64,000 nt of DNA, taken from assembly GCA_951406725.2 (NCBI GenBank), contig OX597818.1:77500001-77564000 (forward strand), given 5' to 3'. Shown here piece by piece: positions 24,513 to 37,508 of this stretch. Position numbers and translations under genes: made by a program. This DNA is from Octopus vulgaris (taxonomy: Eukaryota). The notes beneath the pieces were generated by a model that ran no database searches, was not told the origin of the DNA, and was given only the letters and a program-made list of their open reading frames with translations. The stretch's first letter is position 1; each line of letters opens with the position of its first letter.

Positions 24513-25434
24513 TTTTATTATTAATTTTGCTTCTGTCACAATTAATTATTATTATTATCATATATATATATATATATATATAGACTGAAAGGTAGACAGA
24601 TAAGATATATATATACATATAGGAGAAAAGATCACTCTGTTCTGGTCATGAAGTGCATATGTGAAATGTTTGGTTAACCTTTCAGTGGCTAAATGATAGA
24701 AAATATATGAGGTGAAGGTTGAACGGGAACAAGTAGGTATGGTTGATATGATGTAGGCTTCAGTCATTGCTGAAATGCAGTGTTATCTATGTAGGCAGTG
24801 GGAAAGGAAAATGATAATGCAGGTGTGTAAATAATGCAGTGGTTAAGAGTTCAAGTGTTAATATGTATTAAGATATTTGATTGGAGTTGTACAGACTAAT
24901 GACAATTCTTTTTGCTGAAGCTGATAGGGTCATTGTGTTTTTTGGTTGGTTCATTATGACTCTTCTTCTTCCCACCATGTGTGTGTGTGTGTGTGTGTGT
25001 ATATCATCATCATCATCATGTCCACTTTTCCTTGCATAGTTTGGATGGAGTTTGTTGAGGTAGGTTTTCTCTCTGGCTGCCCTGTTTCCAAGCATGGTAA
25101 TATTTCCCTGTGATCAAACATGCTTTTGTAGAATACTTGAAATGAATGACATTCATTAGCAACATTACACAATATCAAGACAAGGAGTTGCACACTTACA
25201 TACATACACTCACATATGTGTGTGTATGCTTGTGTGTGTATTTTTCATTTACTTGTTTCAGTCATTTGGAGCACTTCCTTTAGTCGAACAAATTGACCCT
25301 AGGACTTATTCTTCGTAAGCTTAGTACTTATTCTATCGGTATCTTTTGCCAAACCGCTAAGTTACAGGGACATAAACACACCAACATCGGTTGACAAGCG
25401 ATGGTGGGGGGATCCAAGCACAGACACACACACA

Positions 25435-25993
25435 TGTTCTGATGGTGCTTTTTACATGCTACCGGTACAGGAGCCAGTTGGGGCAAGGGACTGACATCGA
25501 CCATGTTCAGATGGTGCTTTTTACATGTCACCAGCATGAGGAACCAGTCAGGCGGCACTGGCAATGATCCACACATGAATGGTGATTATTGCATGCCAAC
25601 AGCACAGGAGCCAGTCAGGTGGCACTGGCATTGGCCACAACTACAATTTCCATTTAATTGTGATTTGATTTGATTTTGATTTTTCTTGACTCAATAGGTC
25701 TCCTCAAGCACGGCATGTTGCCCGACGATTCAAAGGTACTTTTTAAATGGGCTGGTTATGCAACACTAGTGTAAGCTACGGCTGTGATCTTACTTTACTT
25801 GCTGGGTCTTCTCAATCACAGCATATCTCCAGAGGTCTCGGACTTCTGTCATTGCCTCTGTGAGGCCCATCGTTCGAAGGTCGTGCTTCATCACCTCATC
25901 CCATGTCTTCTTGGGTCTCCCTCTTCCACGGGTTCCTTCCACTGTTTGGGATTGACACTTCTTCACACAGCTCTTCTCATCCATACACAACAC
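25435..25993 (-). mobile_element. RTE LINE fragment (ORF C-terminus and 3'UTR)
   Basis: ORF 25790-25993 MDEKSCVKKCQSQTVEGTRGRGRPKKTWDEVMKHDL, paralogous to 7798-8010. Confidence 0.85.
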
Positions 25994-26007
25994 TTCTCAG
26001 GCATATG

Positions 26008-26047
<40 letters not shown>

Positions 26048-26231
26048 AGTTTAAAATATTAGTCATTACATATTTTTCCTTTATTTGGAGCAAGTTTGGC
26101 TTACAGCTGTTTCCAGTAGTCATTATACTGACAGGTTTACTCATTTGGTCTATTGATCAGTTGAGAAAAATTGAATGACCTAAAAAAATTAAAGCTACTT
26201 TTGTCAGAGCCATTTCTGGTTTTATATATAT

Positions 26232-26378
26232 GGCGTTAGGAAGGGCATCCAGCTGTAGAAACATTGCCAGATTAGACTGGAGCCTGGTGCAGCCTTCTGG
26301 CTTCCCAGAACCCCGGTTGAACCGTCCAACCCATGCTAGCATGGAGAACGGACGTTAAACGACGACGACGACGACGAT
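26232..26378 (+). mobile_element. RTE LINE extreme 3' end with a (GAC)n tail
   Basis: GGCGTTAGGAAGGGCATCCAGCTGTAGAAAC...GGACGTTAAAC(GAC)n. Confidence 0.8.
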
Positions 26379-27616
26379 ATATATATATATAATGAACGTC
26401 TTTCAGTTTTTGTCTGGTAAATCCACACTGCATTTGGTTGAACTTGGGCGGCTACAGTAGAAGACACTGCTCAAGGTACAATACACTGAAACTGAAATCA
26501 TGCAGTTAAGAAGCAAACTTCTTAACCAGACATCTTAACCTGCATCTTCAATACAGCCTTGCCTGTGTGTGTATACATCTCTATATGTACATATATCATC
26601 ATCATACAACTATTTTCCATGCTGGCATGGGTGGATGGTTTGACAGGAGCTGGCAGACAGGAGAGCTGCACCAGGCTCCAGTCATCTGTTTTGGCATGTC
26701 TTCTATGGCTGGATGCTCTTCTTAACACCAACCACTTTACAGAGTGGAAATTGGTTTAGCTCTCCAGCTTGCCACTTCAAGTAAAACCATCCAACCCATA
26801 TCAGCATGGAAAATGGATGTTAAAGGATGGTGATGATGATGATGATGATGACAATGTCTTTTTTTTTAACATTTGTGTGTCTGTTGAAGTTAGGTAAATG
26901 ATACTGGAAGCCAAGCGTAGTAATAATAATATGAAATTGTTTTGCTTTAAGTAGGCTTTCTGTCTACTGGAGTTGAATCTGTAGCATTTTTAACAACGTA
27001 TTTTCTATCTCTGTTGCACTTAAGCAACTTACTATTTCTCAACTGAAGGAATTGGTTATTTCCCTCATTTCTATTACAATATCATACCTAACACCTCATT
27101 GTTGTTATATCATTGCCATGTTATCATCATTCAACCCTATTTCACAATAATTCTTGTATAATTGCCAATTATATGAGCTATCTACTATACCATGTTAATC
27201 ACTATAGCGTTTCAGTAGATCTTTCTTTCAGCTGTAGCATCTCTCTGTTGTGTTTTCCTTATACAATACAAGCAGCTGTAAGCAGACATTTATATCCCAT
27301 GGATTATTTCTTCATCTGACTTAGGTGATTTGTTTTGTTTTGTATTTTCTACATATTCTCTATATTGTATGACAAATAATCTACAGGTTTGTCCTATCTT
27401 GTTGAACAAAATGCTAACGAAGGTATAAGATGGAAACATTTTCACTTTAATTTGATTTCGTTTATAATTTTCAGCATGTGTGTGTATAATAAAAATAATA
27501 ATAATAATAATAATAATGATGATGAATAATAAATAATAATAATAATAATTATTATTATTATTATTTAGCAGAAGCAACAGAGTGATTCAAGCGCTGAGAG
27601 TTTGGTACGTTAGCAC

Positions 27617-27651
<35 letters not shown>

Positions 27652-28694
27652 AAAAAGTAGATTGTAACCCAGGCTGCTATAATATTAATGTGATTCTCAT
27701 ACAATAATACATATGGCATTAATATGATAATAAACATTGGCAGGTATAAACTCAAACAAGTGTGCATACATATACGAAATAGAATTATAACATATACACA
27801 GCAGAACTCAATATTTAGCAGATGGTAGCATTTGGATACTCCTTGAAAATATGCTAATTATAATCCTATCTACTTTATAGATACTACATGACTGTCATTT
27901 AAAAAAAATTTTTTTTTTTTTTTTGCATATGTATTATCACCATCATGATTTTAAAGCCCACTTTTCCATGCTTACATGGGTCAAATGGTGTTTTTGGGGT
28001 ACATATTCTATGGCTGAACACCCTTCCTGTCACCATCCCTTAGTTGTGTTGAAGCAAGATGAATATTTCTCCATGGCCAAAGTTGTTTCCTCTGAAGATT
28101 GGAAACAAATATGGCTTCTATGATGAAGATACTCATTTACAGCTATCGTGATGTCAAGACAAAGAGATACAAATACTTACATATACGACTGGCTTCTTTT
28201 AAGATTACATTTACCAAAACTACTCAAGTGGTTTTGGTTGGCCTGGGGCTATAATAACAGACACTTGTGCAAGGTGCCACACAGTGGGACCGAATCCAAG
28301 ACCACTTGGTTTGGAAGCAAGTTTCTTAACTACACAATTAAAACTACCCAGTTATGATACCGACTGAAGGGTAAGCATCTCCTCATTTGTTCACCACTAG
28401 AAATGTAGGTAGTACAGTGCTGTAGCTGGCCTTCTACACCAGAAAACCAGCATCATGGGATTAGGGTGTATGCATAAGGGCTTAAAACCTCATGTTATGA
28501 ACACAAGGCCAAAGAGAAGATGTAAGGACACATTCCACCTATCTCTACTACTATTGCTTAACATTTTCTAGTTGGATACTATATTGCCAAGATCTGGCCC
28601 TATATGTAAGGGTATGTAGTTGTTATAGTTGTCTAAACTGAGACCAACTCCGATCCTACAGGCTTATGCTAATTATGTTTTTGAGGTACATATT

Positions 28695-28872
28695 CTATGG
28701 CTGAACACCCTTCCTGTCACCAACCCTTAGTTTGGTCGGCCTGAGGCTATAGTAGAAGACACTTGTACAAGGTGCACGCAGTGGGACTGAACGCAGAACT
28801 ACGTGGTTGGTAAGCAAGCTACTTACCACACAGCCGCTCCTATGCCTATTCACACAGCCACTCCTACGCCTA
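28695..28872 (-). mobile_element. SINE family A head, relatively young
   Basis: TGGTCGGCCTGAGGCTATAGTAGAAGACACTTG...CTTACCACACAGCC. Confidence 0.75.
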
Positions 28873-29097
28873 TGTTCAATATATATTAAAAGATATATTG
28901 AAGTATAATTATAGAAACTTGTAAATGCATGAATGAACATAAAAAGTACAAAGTTTTTATTTAATTTTAAAAATTGGGTTTTTTTAAATTCATTCACCCA
29001 TCTTGGTGGAATCTTCCATTATGTACTTTTTGCCATTGTATCACTTCACACCTGTCCTCTATTTAAACATAAACCTCTTGGTTGGATAGTTCAATCA

Positions 29098-29141
29098 GTG
29101 CCTGATGAACGTACTTATGTATGTGAAACTATTTGTAGCAC
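29098..29141 (+). ncRNA. Minimal type I hammerhead ribozyme with intact core
   Basis: Stem I GTGC/GCAC; core CTGATGA; stem II ACGTAC-(TTAT)-GTATGT; GAAA; stem III AC-(TATTT)-GT; cleavage triplet GUA (cut after 29137). Confidence 0.7.
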
Positions 29142-29488
29142 ATATAATGTATGTAGCATGAAGCATTTATAGCAATATATATATATCCATACACATCTAC
29201 CAACCTCATGCTTCTAGGTTTGGTTCCATTGTGTGGCATCTTGGGCAAGTGTCATCTACTACAGTCCCAGGTCAACCAAAGCCCTGTGAGTGGATTTGGT
29301 TGATGGAAACTTAAAGATGCCCAGCACATGTGTGTGTGTATGTATGTTCATCTGTGTCTGTCCGTCCATTCATCTATCCATCATCCACCCATCTATCTAT
29401 TTGATACCCATTTATCTGGATAGACATTAGCTCCCGGTTCTTACATTTTGAAAACAGTATACTCCAACCGAATGTAGATGGATAATCT

Positions 29489-29529
<41 letters not shown>

Positions 29530-30479
29530 TATAGAAACATTGTTTTATAGATTAAGTAAATTTTACATTCCTCACGTAATGAGAATGTATTGAGATTAGC
29601 AAGGAGTTTGTGTGTGTGTGTGGAGGGAGCATACTACAGAAAACAATGCGGGATGCAGAGAAAAGAGTTAGAGAAAGCTGGAGAGGATGATGATGATGAT
29701 GTAACTTAATACTGAATGGACTGAGGAAGAGACTAGTTGAGAGAAATCCAGTTGTCTATTGCCTTCATTTGCAACAGCAGTCATTGAAAAAAATCTGAGG
29801 ATTCTCAGGAAAATAATGCCAAGTTTTTATTTACTATTGTGTTTTATTGATATTTAGGAAACATAATTTATCTTTATTTACATGTTTGTGTGCATTAGGG
29901 TCTGTTTTAGCTTCCACTCTCTCTCTCTTTATCTCTCTCTCTCTCTCTCGCCTTGTTATTTGCATGCTCACCTCAAAATGATATTTTTATATAAAAGAAT
30001 TACAGTTTTTATTGATCAATATCTGAAGGGTGAAAGCAGATAGTTGGCATTATACTGTATTGGTGCAGTCAGGCCTATTTACTGAACAAAACTCCTGTCG
30101 TTTATGTTGCTATCTCTCTATCTAGATAGAACTCTTTAGTGTTTCTCTTCCTGTATGGATTATTCTGAGCAGATCTTGCCTATTTGCATCAATACCCTAA
30201 ATGGTCTTACTTGACCATTCATTCAATACTTTATACCTTTCATGTAACTGTATTGAGGAAGCCTGTCTGTTATATGCAACAGAAGCAATATTAGATTAAA
30301 ATTGCTATTTGTTTGCCATACTGAATGCAAATACATTGTAAAAAAGCTAATTTGCAGCAGTATTCCTCTTGACATAATATATCTCTTATGGATATACCAT
30401 ATTTTAAAATGCTGCTACTGATATATTTGTGTTTGAAACACATCAAGAAGACTTGTTTGTCTGCCACAGCAGAATTGAT

Positions 30480-30695
30480 ACAGGTGCTAGTACCACATAG
30501 AAAGCACTGGTGCTGGTGCCACACTAAAAGCACCCAGTACACTTTGTGGAGTGGTTGGTGTTAGAAAGGGCATCCAGACCTAGAAACCATGCCAGAACAG
30601 ACAGTGGAGCCTGGTGTGGCCCCTGGCCTTACCAGCTCTGGTCAAACTGTCCAACCCATGCCAGCATGGAAAACAGGTATTAAATGATGATGATG
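30480..30695 (+). mobile_element. RTE-type 3' end fragment
   Basis: AAAAGCACCCAGTAC...GAAAGGGCATCCAG...CCATGCCAGCATGGAAAAC...(GAT)n. Confidence 0.7.
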
Positions 30696-30912
30696 TTAAT
30701 GAATACATCCATAAGTGACATCTCCAGATAAATACCACATTAAATTGGCCTTTTTATGATGTATTTTGTATGGTACACAGGTGGCTATTATAAAGCCTCT
30801 CTGTGAACAAAGTTGTAGTAGTTAATTTACCGGAGATGACTTTTAAAATGAGAATATCTGAAATAAACTTGACTGCTCTCACAAATGAGAATACTAAAAT
30901 GAACCTGACCAC

Positions 30913-31139
30913 TCTCAAAAATTAAGTAAAAAAACAGGAAAAATGATCCAGAATCCTTGTCTGGTATCAGATCGATCACAAAATCTAATAAGTTCATACC
31001 AGTCAGGAGGCCAAGACATCCCTGAAAGTTTCATCCAAATCCATGCATTGGTTCTTGAGATATCTTGACCATGGACAAACAAACAAACAAATACAACTGA
31101 AAACAATGCCTCTGTCTTTGCTAGGACAGAGGTAATAAT
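30913..31139. mobile_element. Helentron-associated non-autonomous (HINE/DINE-like) element
   Basis: AAGTTTCATCCAAATCC motif, (CAAA)n microsatellite, subterminal hairpin CCTCTGTC...GACAGAGG followed by TAATAA; family recognised from recall. Confidence 0.6.
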
Positions 31140-32162
31140 CCCAAGAAGACTTACTAATCCATGAAGAATGAGATAGGAAATTCATATTGGCAGAATATGT
31201 ACTTGGAAGAATGAGGTATCAAAGTAAAAAGAAGTTCATGCTGGAGTACGACCGTGAAAGGTGAAAAATATTGACCCCACTACTTAGGTTTTAAAGTCTG
31301 GTTCTTGTTCTATTTGTCTTTTGTTGAAATGTAGTTATGGGGAGATAAACAAACCAATACCGGTTGTCAAGAAGTGTTTGTGCATATGACAAAGATACAC
31401 ACGTATAGACATGCATGTACATACATACACACACACTCAGAGGCTTTCACACAGTTTCCATCTACCAAATTCCCTCACAAGATATTGGTTGTCTTGGGGC
31501 TATGGTAGAAGACACTTGTCCAAAGTGCCATGCTGTGGGACAGAACTCAAAACATGGTTGCAAAATGAGCTTCTTAACCATACAGTTATACCTGTGCTTA
31601 TACCATATCTGTGTTAGATAACATTTCTTTTAAATTAAGTTCATATATATGCTCTTTTACTCCTTTACGATTTTCAGCCTGATTCAGCTGATACGCTGTG
31701 GCCATTCTGGAGCACTGGCATTGATGTTACTTGGATTTTCACAGCCCTCTCTTTCTGTGGTGGGTTCCTAGTAAAGGAGGGAGTTAAGATACTAATACCC
31801 TTATCTGTATTCCTTGCCACCATGTTAGTTTGCCTGGGATCTTATATAAAGAGATGCCCTGCGTTTATTAACCCCCTCTCCACACCTGTAGTATTGAAGA
31901 GTTGTGGGTCTTAGAGCACTATTGGATCTTGAATGTAGATGGGGGAGGGTGGAACCTTTGGTGCACTGCGGTGGTGTCTAAAACAGGGATTGACTTTGTA
32001 GCTTTCAGACCAATGTTTGACACTAGATACTCCCATGCATATTTATATATGTACACATATATATATATATCGTATTGAATCCTATTTTGTATTAAATCTA
32101 ATTTTAATTCAACATCTTTTTCTCCTCCATTTTTCTATAATTGTTTATGGTATCTTTATACC

Positions 32163-32232
<70 letters not shown>

Positions 32233-32777
32233 GTTTGTGTTTGTGTACAAATGTATATACTAAGAGCAGAGCATGTACAACAAAAGTGTATTTACACAGC
32301 AAACTGTAGTGGCTTGTATTATGTTTTTCTTAACAATACAAACATACAGATAAGATATATATATCTCTCTCTCCCTCTCTTTCCCTCTCACACACAAACA
32401 CATTCACAAATCCAAATATGATGGGATGGCTGGAGGAATGGAAGTAGGGAGGTGAGATAAGATATGGAGAATAAATGGGTGGGGTTGTGTTGGATTACAG
32501 GTTACCCCAACTTTGTATTGAAGCATGTCAGTGTGTGTGTGTGTGTATGTGTGTGTGTGTGAGCATGTTTGTGAATGGCCGTTTTGTGTGTGTGTGTGTG
32601 AAAAAGGAAGGTAATCAGTGTGAACAATTTAGTGGAAGCACTGAGGATACTGACAGTGCAAAGTGGGTCAGTGTCTGAGGGTGTGAACTAGTGTATGAGA
32701 GGAACCAATGCCAGAGAGTTTGACTTCCCTAAACATAGCTTCCAAATCTCTTCTCAACAAACTTTCTATTGCCTTAA

Positions 32778-32961
32778 CCCTTTAAGATTCAGCTTTCTCT
32801 ATAAAATATAATGCTTGTTTATTCATATTGTTGATCTCAATGATTTGATTGTTTAATTTTACAATGACGTAGGGTAAGTGTGAAAAGCTGGACATGGCCA
32901 GTTTGATCATAGAACAGGTAGATTATTTGAACCGGATATGGCTGGTTTAAATGCTAAACGA
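32778..32961. mobile_element. piggyBac-like MITE, second copy
   Basis: TTAA|CCCTTTA...AATGCTAAACGA|TTAA; homologous to 2957-3166. Confidence 0.65.
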
Positions 32962-33249
32962 TTAAAAATTTGAGATCACATAGTCAGAGCAAAAACATTG
33001 TAATTCAGTGAAAGAGCTTGACCTGCTAGTAGTAGCAAGCAGCAGCCAGATCTTCTTAAATCACACCCTGCCATTTTTAAAAATAGAAGGACTTGCTAAA
33101 TAATGTAGCCCTAACTATACAATTTCTCAATAAAAGATAGGAAGGTCATGTATAGAACACCTGAGTATATATGATTACATTATTAAACATCATTCATTTT
33201 TTAAAATATAAGGAGTTAAATCACAACATTAATTGGAACGCAGTAGCAA

Positions 33250-33552
33250 ACAGTTCACTGCTGTATTCTATTCCACTTGTTCTAAACAGGCATTGTATGG
33301 AACTTCACTCCTGCTATATTCTATTCACCAAATTGTAAACTGGTATCATGTAGAGGTACAATTTATTGTTGTACCCAGTCTACTAAACTGTAAATAAGTG
33401 CTATGTAGAGGTACAGCCCACTAAACTGTAAATAGGTACCATGTAGAGGTGCAGTTTATTGTCACATTCTGTCCCACAAGCTGTAAACAGGTATCATGCA
33501 GAGGTGTGGTTCACTGATGTAGTCAGTTCCCCAAATTATAAACAGGTACCTG
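33250..33552. repeat. Degenerate minisatellite, unit about 55-60 bp
   Basis: Recurring AACTGTAAAYAGGTAYCATGTAGAGGTRCAG. Confidence 0.6.
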
Positions 33553-33715
33553 TTCACCTATTTGGTACTTATTTTAATATTATTGCTTGTAGTGAGTTAA
33601 AACCTCAGACCACAAAGGTGCAAAGCAAGTCTCTTAACCACATAGCCATACCTGTGTCTAGTTTATCTGTATTATTTCACTAAGATATTAGACACACTGA
33701 TAGATAATAGCTACT

Positions 33716-33930
33716 TCAAGAGATGATAGATGCTGGAACTGGATCAGCCACATCCTCTGACAAGATCGAAGGGGAAACGAGTAGCAGGGTGCCCATAAAA
33801 CCACATGGTGAAGGACCATTGATGAGGAAAGAAGACAAAAATGGTGGAGAGACTAGAATGAGACAGAAGAGTGACAGAAAACAGAACTGATTGGAGAGAT
33901 TGTGTTGTAGCCTTATGTGCCTCATGATAG
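33716..33930 (+). mobile_element. Decayed RTE LINE ORF C-terminus
   Basis: Frames read WISHIL*Q and ENRTDWRDCVVALCAS*. Confidence 0.6.
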
Positions 33931-34249
33931 AGACAACTAACTAACTTCAAGAACTGAGAGGAGTTTTATATGATAAACTTTTATGATGTCACTTTTCTTT
34001 CGTGGACAAATAAAGGACTGCTTATTTTTATTATTTGTAATTATAATATGTCTAATAACAATGACATATTTAGAATTTTGTCTCTCCTTTTTCAGTCTCC
34101 TAATTTTGTTTTTTCTTTGTAAACATCACAGCTACCTTATGTGGTCTAACTGGTTTAAAAGTTACTGAAATTGTTTTAACTAAGCTAAATTTCATCTGTT
34201 AATAATAATAAAAATAATAATAATAATAATGATGATAATGATAATAAAA

Positions 34250-34410
34250 ATGGTTTCAAATTTTGCCACAAGGACAGCCATTTTGGGGGAGGGGATGTGT
34301 CAGTTACATTGACCCTAGTCTTCAACTGGTACTTAATTTATCGACCCCGAAAAGATGAAAGGCAAAGTCCACCTTGGTGGAATTTGAACTCAGAATGTAG
34401 CAGCAGATGA
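34250..34410 (-). mobile_element. SINE family B
   Basis: GGTTTCAAATTTTGCCACAAGG...GGAATTTGAACTCAGAA, reverse complement of the 2422 family. Confidence 0.75.
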
Positions 34411-34899
34411 ATAATTAAGCAGTGAATTATTTTTGTAATTGAAAATGTTTTAGCAGTGACATTACACAACTTGAAAATGTAAATGTAAAATGCTCATTGC
34501 TTTTTCCTAACTTGTATACACACATGCACACACACACACACACACGCACATGCTGTTTTTTGTTACATGTTCATTGTGTGTTTGTGTTTTAGATTCAGTT
34601 TGATATCCACATATTTTAGAAATAATTCATAAAGGAAATGTGTGAAGTCCTTCCACTGGTAACGAGGAGGAAAACAGTAGTTTTTAGATTACGTTAATTT
34701 GTCTGGCTATTTCTGGCTTTGCCACACCATTAAACAGCGGAAATATATTTCAGAAAAATTGCTGGTAATTTGACTCGGGCCTAGTTAAACATGATTATTG
34801 TCTAGTTTATTATTGGTTATAAGAATCTCAGACCATTAAGTGCCTGCTTCACTACTTGCATCCTGAATTTCTAGTCTCTGCATTATTAAACCAACATTG

Positions 34900-35340
34900 A
34901 TAGTTAGATTAACTGAAACAAATGAAGACTCCTGGGTAAGATGTAGTGTAAAGAACAATAATGTCATCACAAGAAACTGTGGATCTGATGAAGAAATGTA
35001 AAAATCTTGAAATAAATTCAGCTTGAGACTGCATTGACGAAGATCAGCTATATCACTGCGAGGACATATTTATTCACCCTGAAGAGATTGTACAAATTAT
35101 GCATGAATCCCTGCATATGCAGCAATTTGCAATTGATATGATGGAAACACATGTTGGACAATTATTATGAATAAACCAGGGAGAAAGTCTGAATGTACAA
35201 ATTCTTCATTTTCCTTATTAACAGTATTGTGATTTTATACTCTAAGTAGCCAGGAAACAAACTGTAACACCAGATAGTAGTTTTTAGGAAATATACCATA
35301 AAATTGACCATCGGAAGAAACCGGCCTTGGCACCTTACAT
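34900..35340 (+). mobile_element. Highly decayed mariner transposase remnant
   Basis: Broken frames with HTH-region-like text (IDEDQ, IVQIMHESLHMQ) and many stops. Confidence 0.4.
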
Positions 35341-35409
35341 AGAGTAACACGTTATCTGCCTAGATACTTATATTCCTCCTCTTACTTATATATATATATA
35401 TATAATCAT

Positions 35410-35850
35410 TGTCATCATCATCAGCAGCATCTTTTAATGGCCATTGTCCATGCTTGACCAGGCTGGTAAGCCAAGGGGCTGCACCAGACTCCAGTCTGTT
35501 TTGGCATGGTTGCTACAGTTTGATGCCCTTCCTAATGCCAGCCACTTCGCAAATGTAATGGGTGCTCTTAAGTGTCACCGGCACAAATACAAGTTGTGTG
35601 ACACCAGTATCTGCTATGACTATGATATCACTTGGCTTGATGGGTTTACTTCTCAAGCATGGCATATTGCCAAGAGTCTTGGTTATTTGTCATTGCCTCC
35701 GTGAGGCCCAACTCTCAAAAGATGTTTTTTTTATGTACCAGTTATGTGACAGTGACATGGGCCACAACTATGATTTCACTTGGCTTGACAGGTCTTCCCA
35801 AGCACGGCAAAGGACTTGGTTACTTGTCATTGCCTCAGTGAGGCCCAAAT
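35410..35850 (-). mobile_element. RTE LINE 3'UTR fragment with an internal ~130-bp duplication
   Basis: Variants of TATGATTTCACTTGGCTTGA...TCATTGCCTC.GTGAGGCCCAA occur twice. Confidence 0.65.
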
Positions 35851-37204
35851 TCGAAATACACACACACACAGTAAGGGTGTGTGGCTTAGTGTTCATGGTG
35901 TTGTACTCATGATCACAAGATTGTGGTTTCAGTTCCTAGATTGCTCTGTAGTCATTTTGACACACCATGCATCTGTGCAGGTAATGTTGATATGATGAAG
36001 GGTGTGAGCTAATGTACAGGACAAACATTTGATCACTATAACCAAATCATGTATGCAGGTTGTTCTGCAAGAAATTGTAGACCCCTCATCTTCCATTTAC
36101 AACAGGAAAGTCCTTTCTTAGATTAGTAAAAGAACACACATCAGCACATCGCAGCTCCTTGCCCATGTACATGGCTACTTTTCTGTTCTTCTTTTACCAC
36201 TTATGCAACAGCTTTTGCTCCTGCCTTCCAATCAGTCCTCTCATCTCCCTTACTGTGTCATTCCCTCTGATGTCGTACACTAATTCATTCTTCACCCATC
36301 ATAGCTCTAACCTTTCCAAACTACCTCTCTACCCCGTTTTTCTTGCAGATCATGACCTTCTTCTTATCTTCTTAGGTCTGACATGAGCCTACAGGCTCCT
36401 TGGGCCAGAGCCTAACCTGGTTGTTGACCTGCCAGAGTTCAAAAATGAAAATTAACATTGATCACATTATTCTCACTGGGAACATTGATTAAAGGTCATA
36501 GGTGACTTATTAATTATAAAAATAAATGACCAAAGAAGTATTGTAGTCAATTGATGATAAAAGCAGCAGGCACATCTAATCTAAGATAACATAGAATAAA
36601 TAAACATAAGAATGATTATGATGTTATAATTATAGTACAGCAGTCACACATCAATGAATTCAAGGTTTTCACTGTCGTTTCATCAGAGAGAGAGAGAGAG
36701 GCTGTTACAGTTACAAAGCTTGGGCTCTGATCTATATTCAGTTCCTTCCATGACCTCATACTTTGGTCATGTGAAATGTTTATTGTGGTATGTCTTTATT
36801 AAGAAACTATGTCAGTTTCAACTCAGTGACATTATACAGTCTTATTGTGAAGTGGTTACATTAAAGATATTCTGTTTATTTTCATGTCATTATCAAATAA
36901 ATATAATTAATTTGCTAAAGTCATTACATTAGAGTGTAGTATTGCAGTATTTGTTGTGACTTTCTGTATTCTAAGTTCAAATCTTACTGGGGTCAACTTT
37001 GACTTTCATCCTTTCAGGGTTGATAAAAAAGTACAAGACCATGGTCACGTATCAGGGGATTGGTGGAAGGTGGAACATCAGACTCTTTATGGTATTTGTT
37101 TAGGCTCTTTACATTTTGAGTTCAAATCCCACCAAGGCCTACTTGATTTGACACTCACCTGTTACCATGAAGGCATTTAACAGAGTTTTCTGTTTTAAGT
37201 GTGA

Positions 37205-37508
37205 GGGTGCAGGGCTGTAGTTAGAGTATCAAGCTCACAATAATGAGGTAGTGAGTTCGATTGCTGGACCGGGCTGTTGTGTTCTTGAGCAAGACACTTT
37301 ATTTTACATTGCTCCAGTTCACTCAGCTGTGAAAATGAGTTGCGGTGTCACTGGTGCCAAGCTGTTTCAGCCTATGGCATGGAGGGAGGAGGTTTGTATG
37401 CCTGGGTGACTGCTGGTCTTCCATAAAACAACCTTGGCTGGACTTGTGTCACAGAAGGAACTTTCTAGGTGCAATCCCATGGTCATTCATGACCAAAAGG
37501 GGTCTTTA
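37205..37508 (+). mobile_element. SINE family C, full length
   Basis: tRNA-like head with A/B-box-like motifs (GAGTTCGATT); 3' GGTCATTCATGACC hairpin. Confidence 0.8.

Noticed and set aside
34922-34940. ATGAAGACTCCTGG|GTAAG as a possible alternative first exon
   Set aside because: Lies within a probable decayed mariner remnant; no other support
36660-36692. Minus-strand CTGATGA...GAAA
   Set aside because: Only a 2-bp stem II, with no stem I or III partner
37205-37275. tRNA-like sequences at SINE heads
   Set aside because: They are followed by SINE bodies and no complete cloverleaf is evident, so they are not tRNA genes
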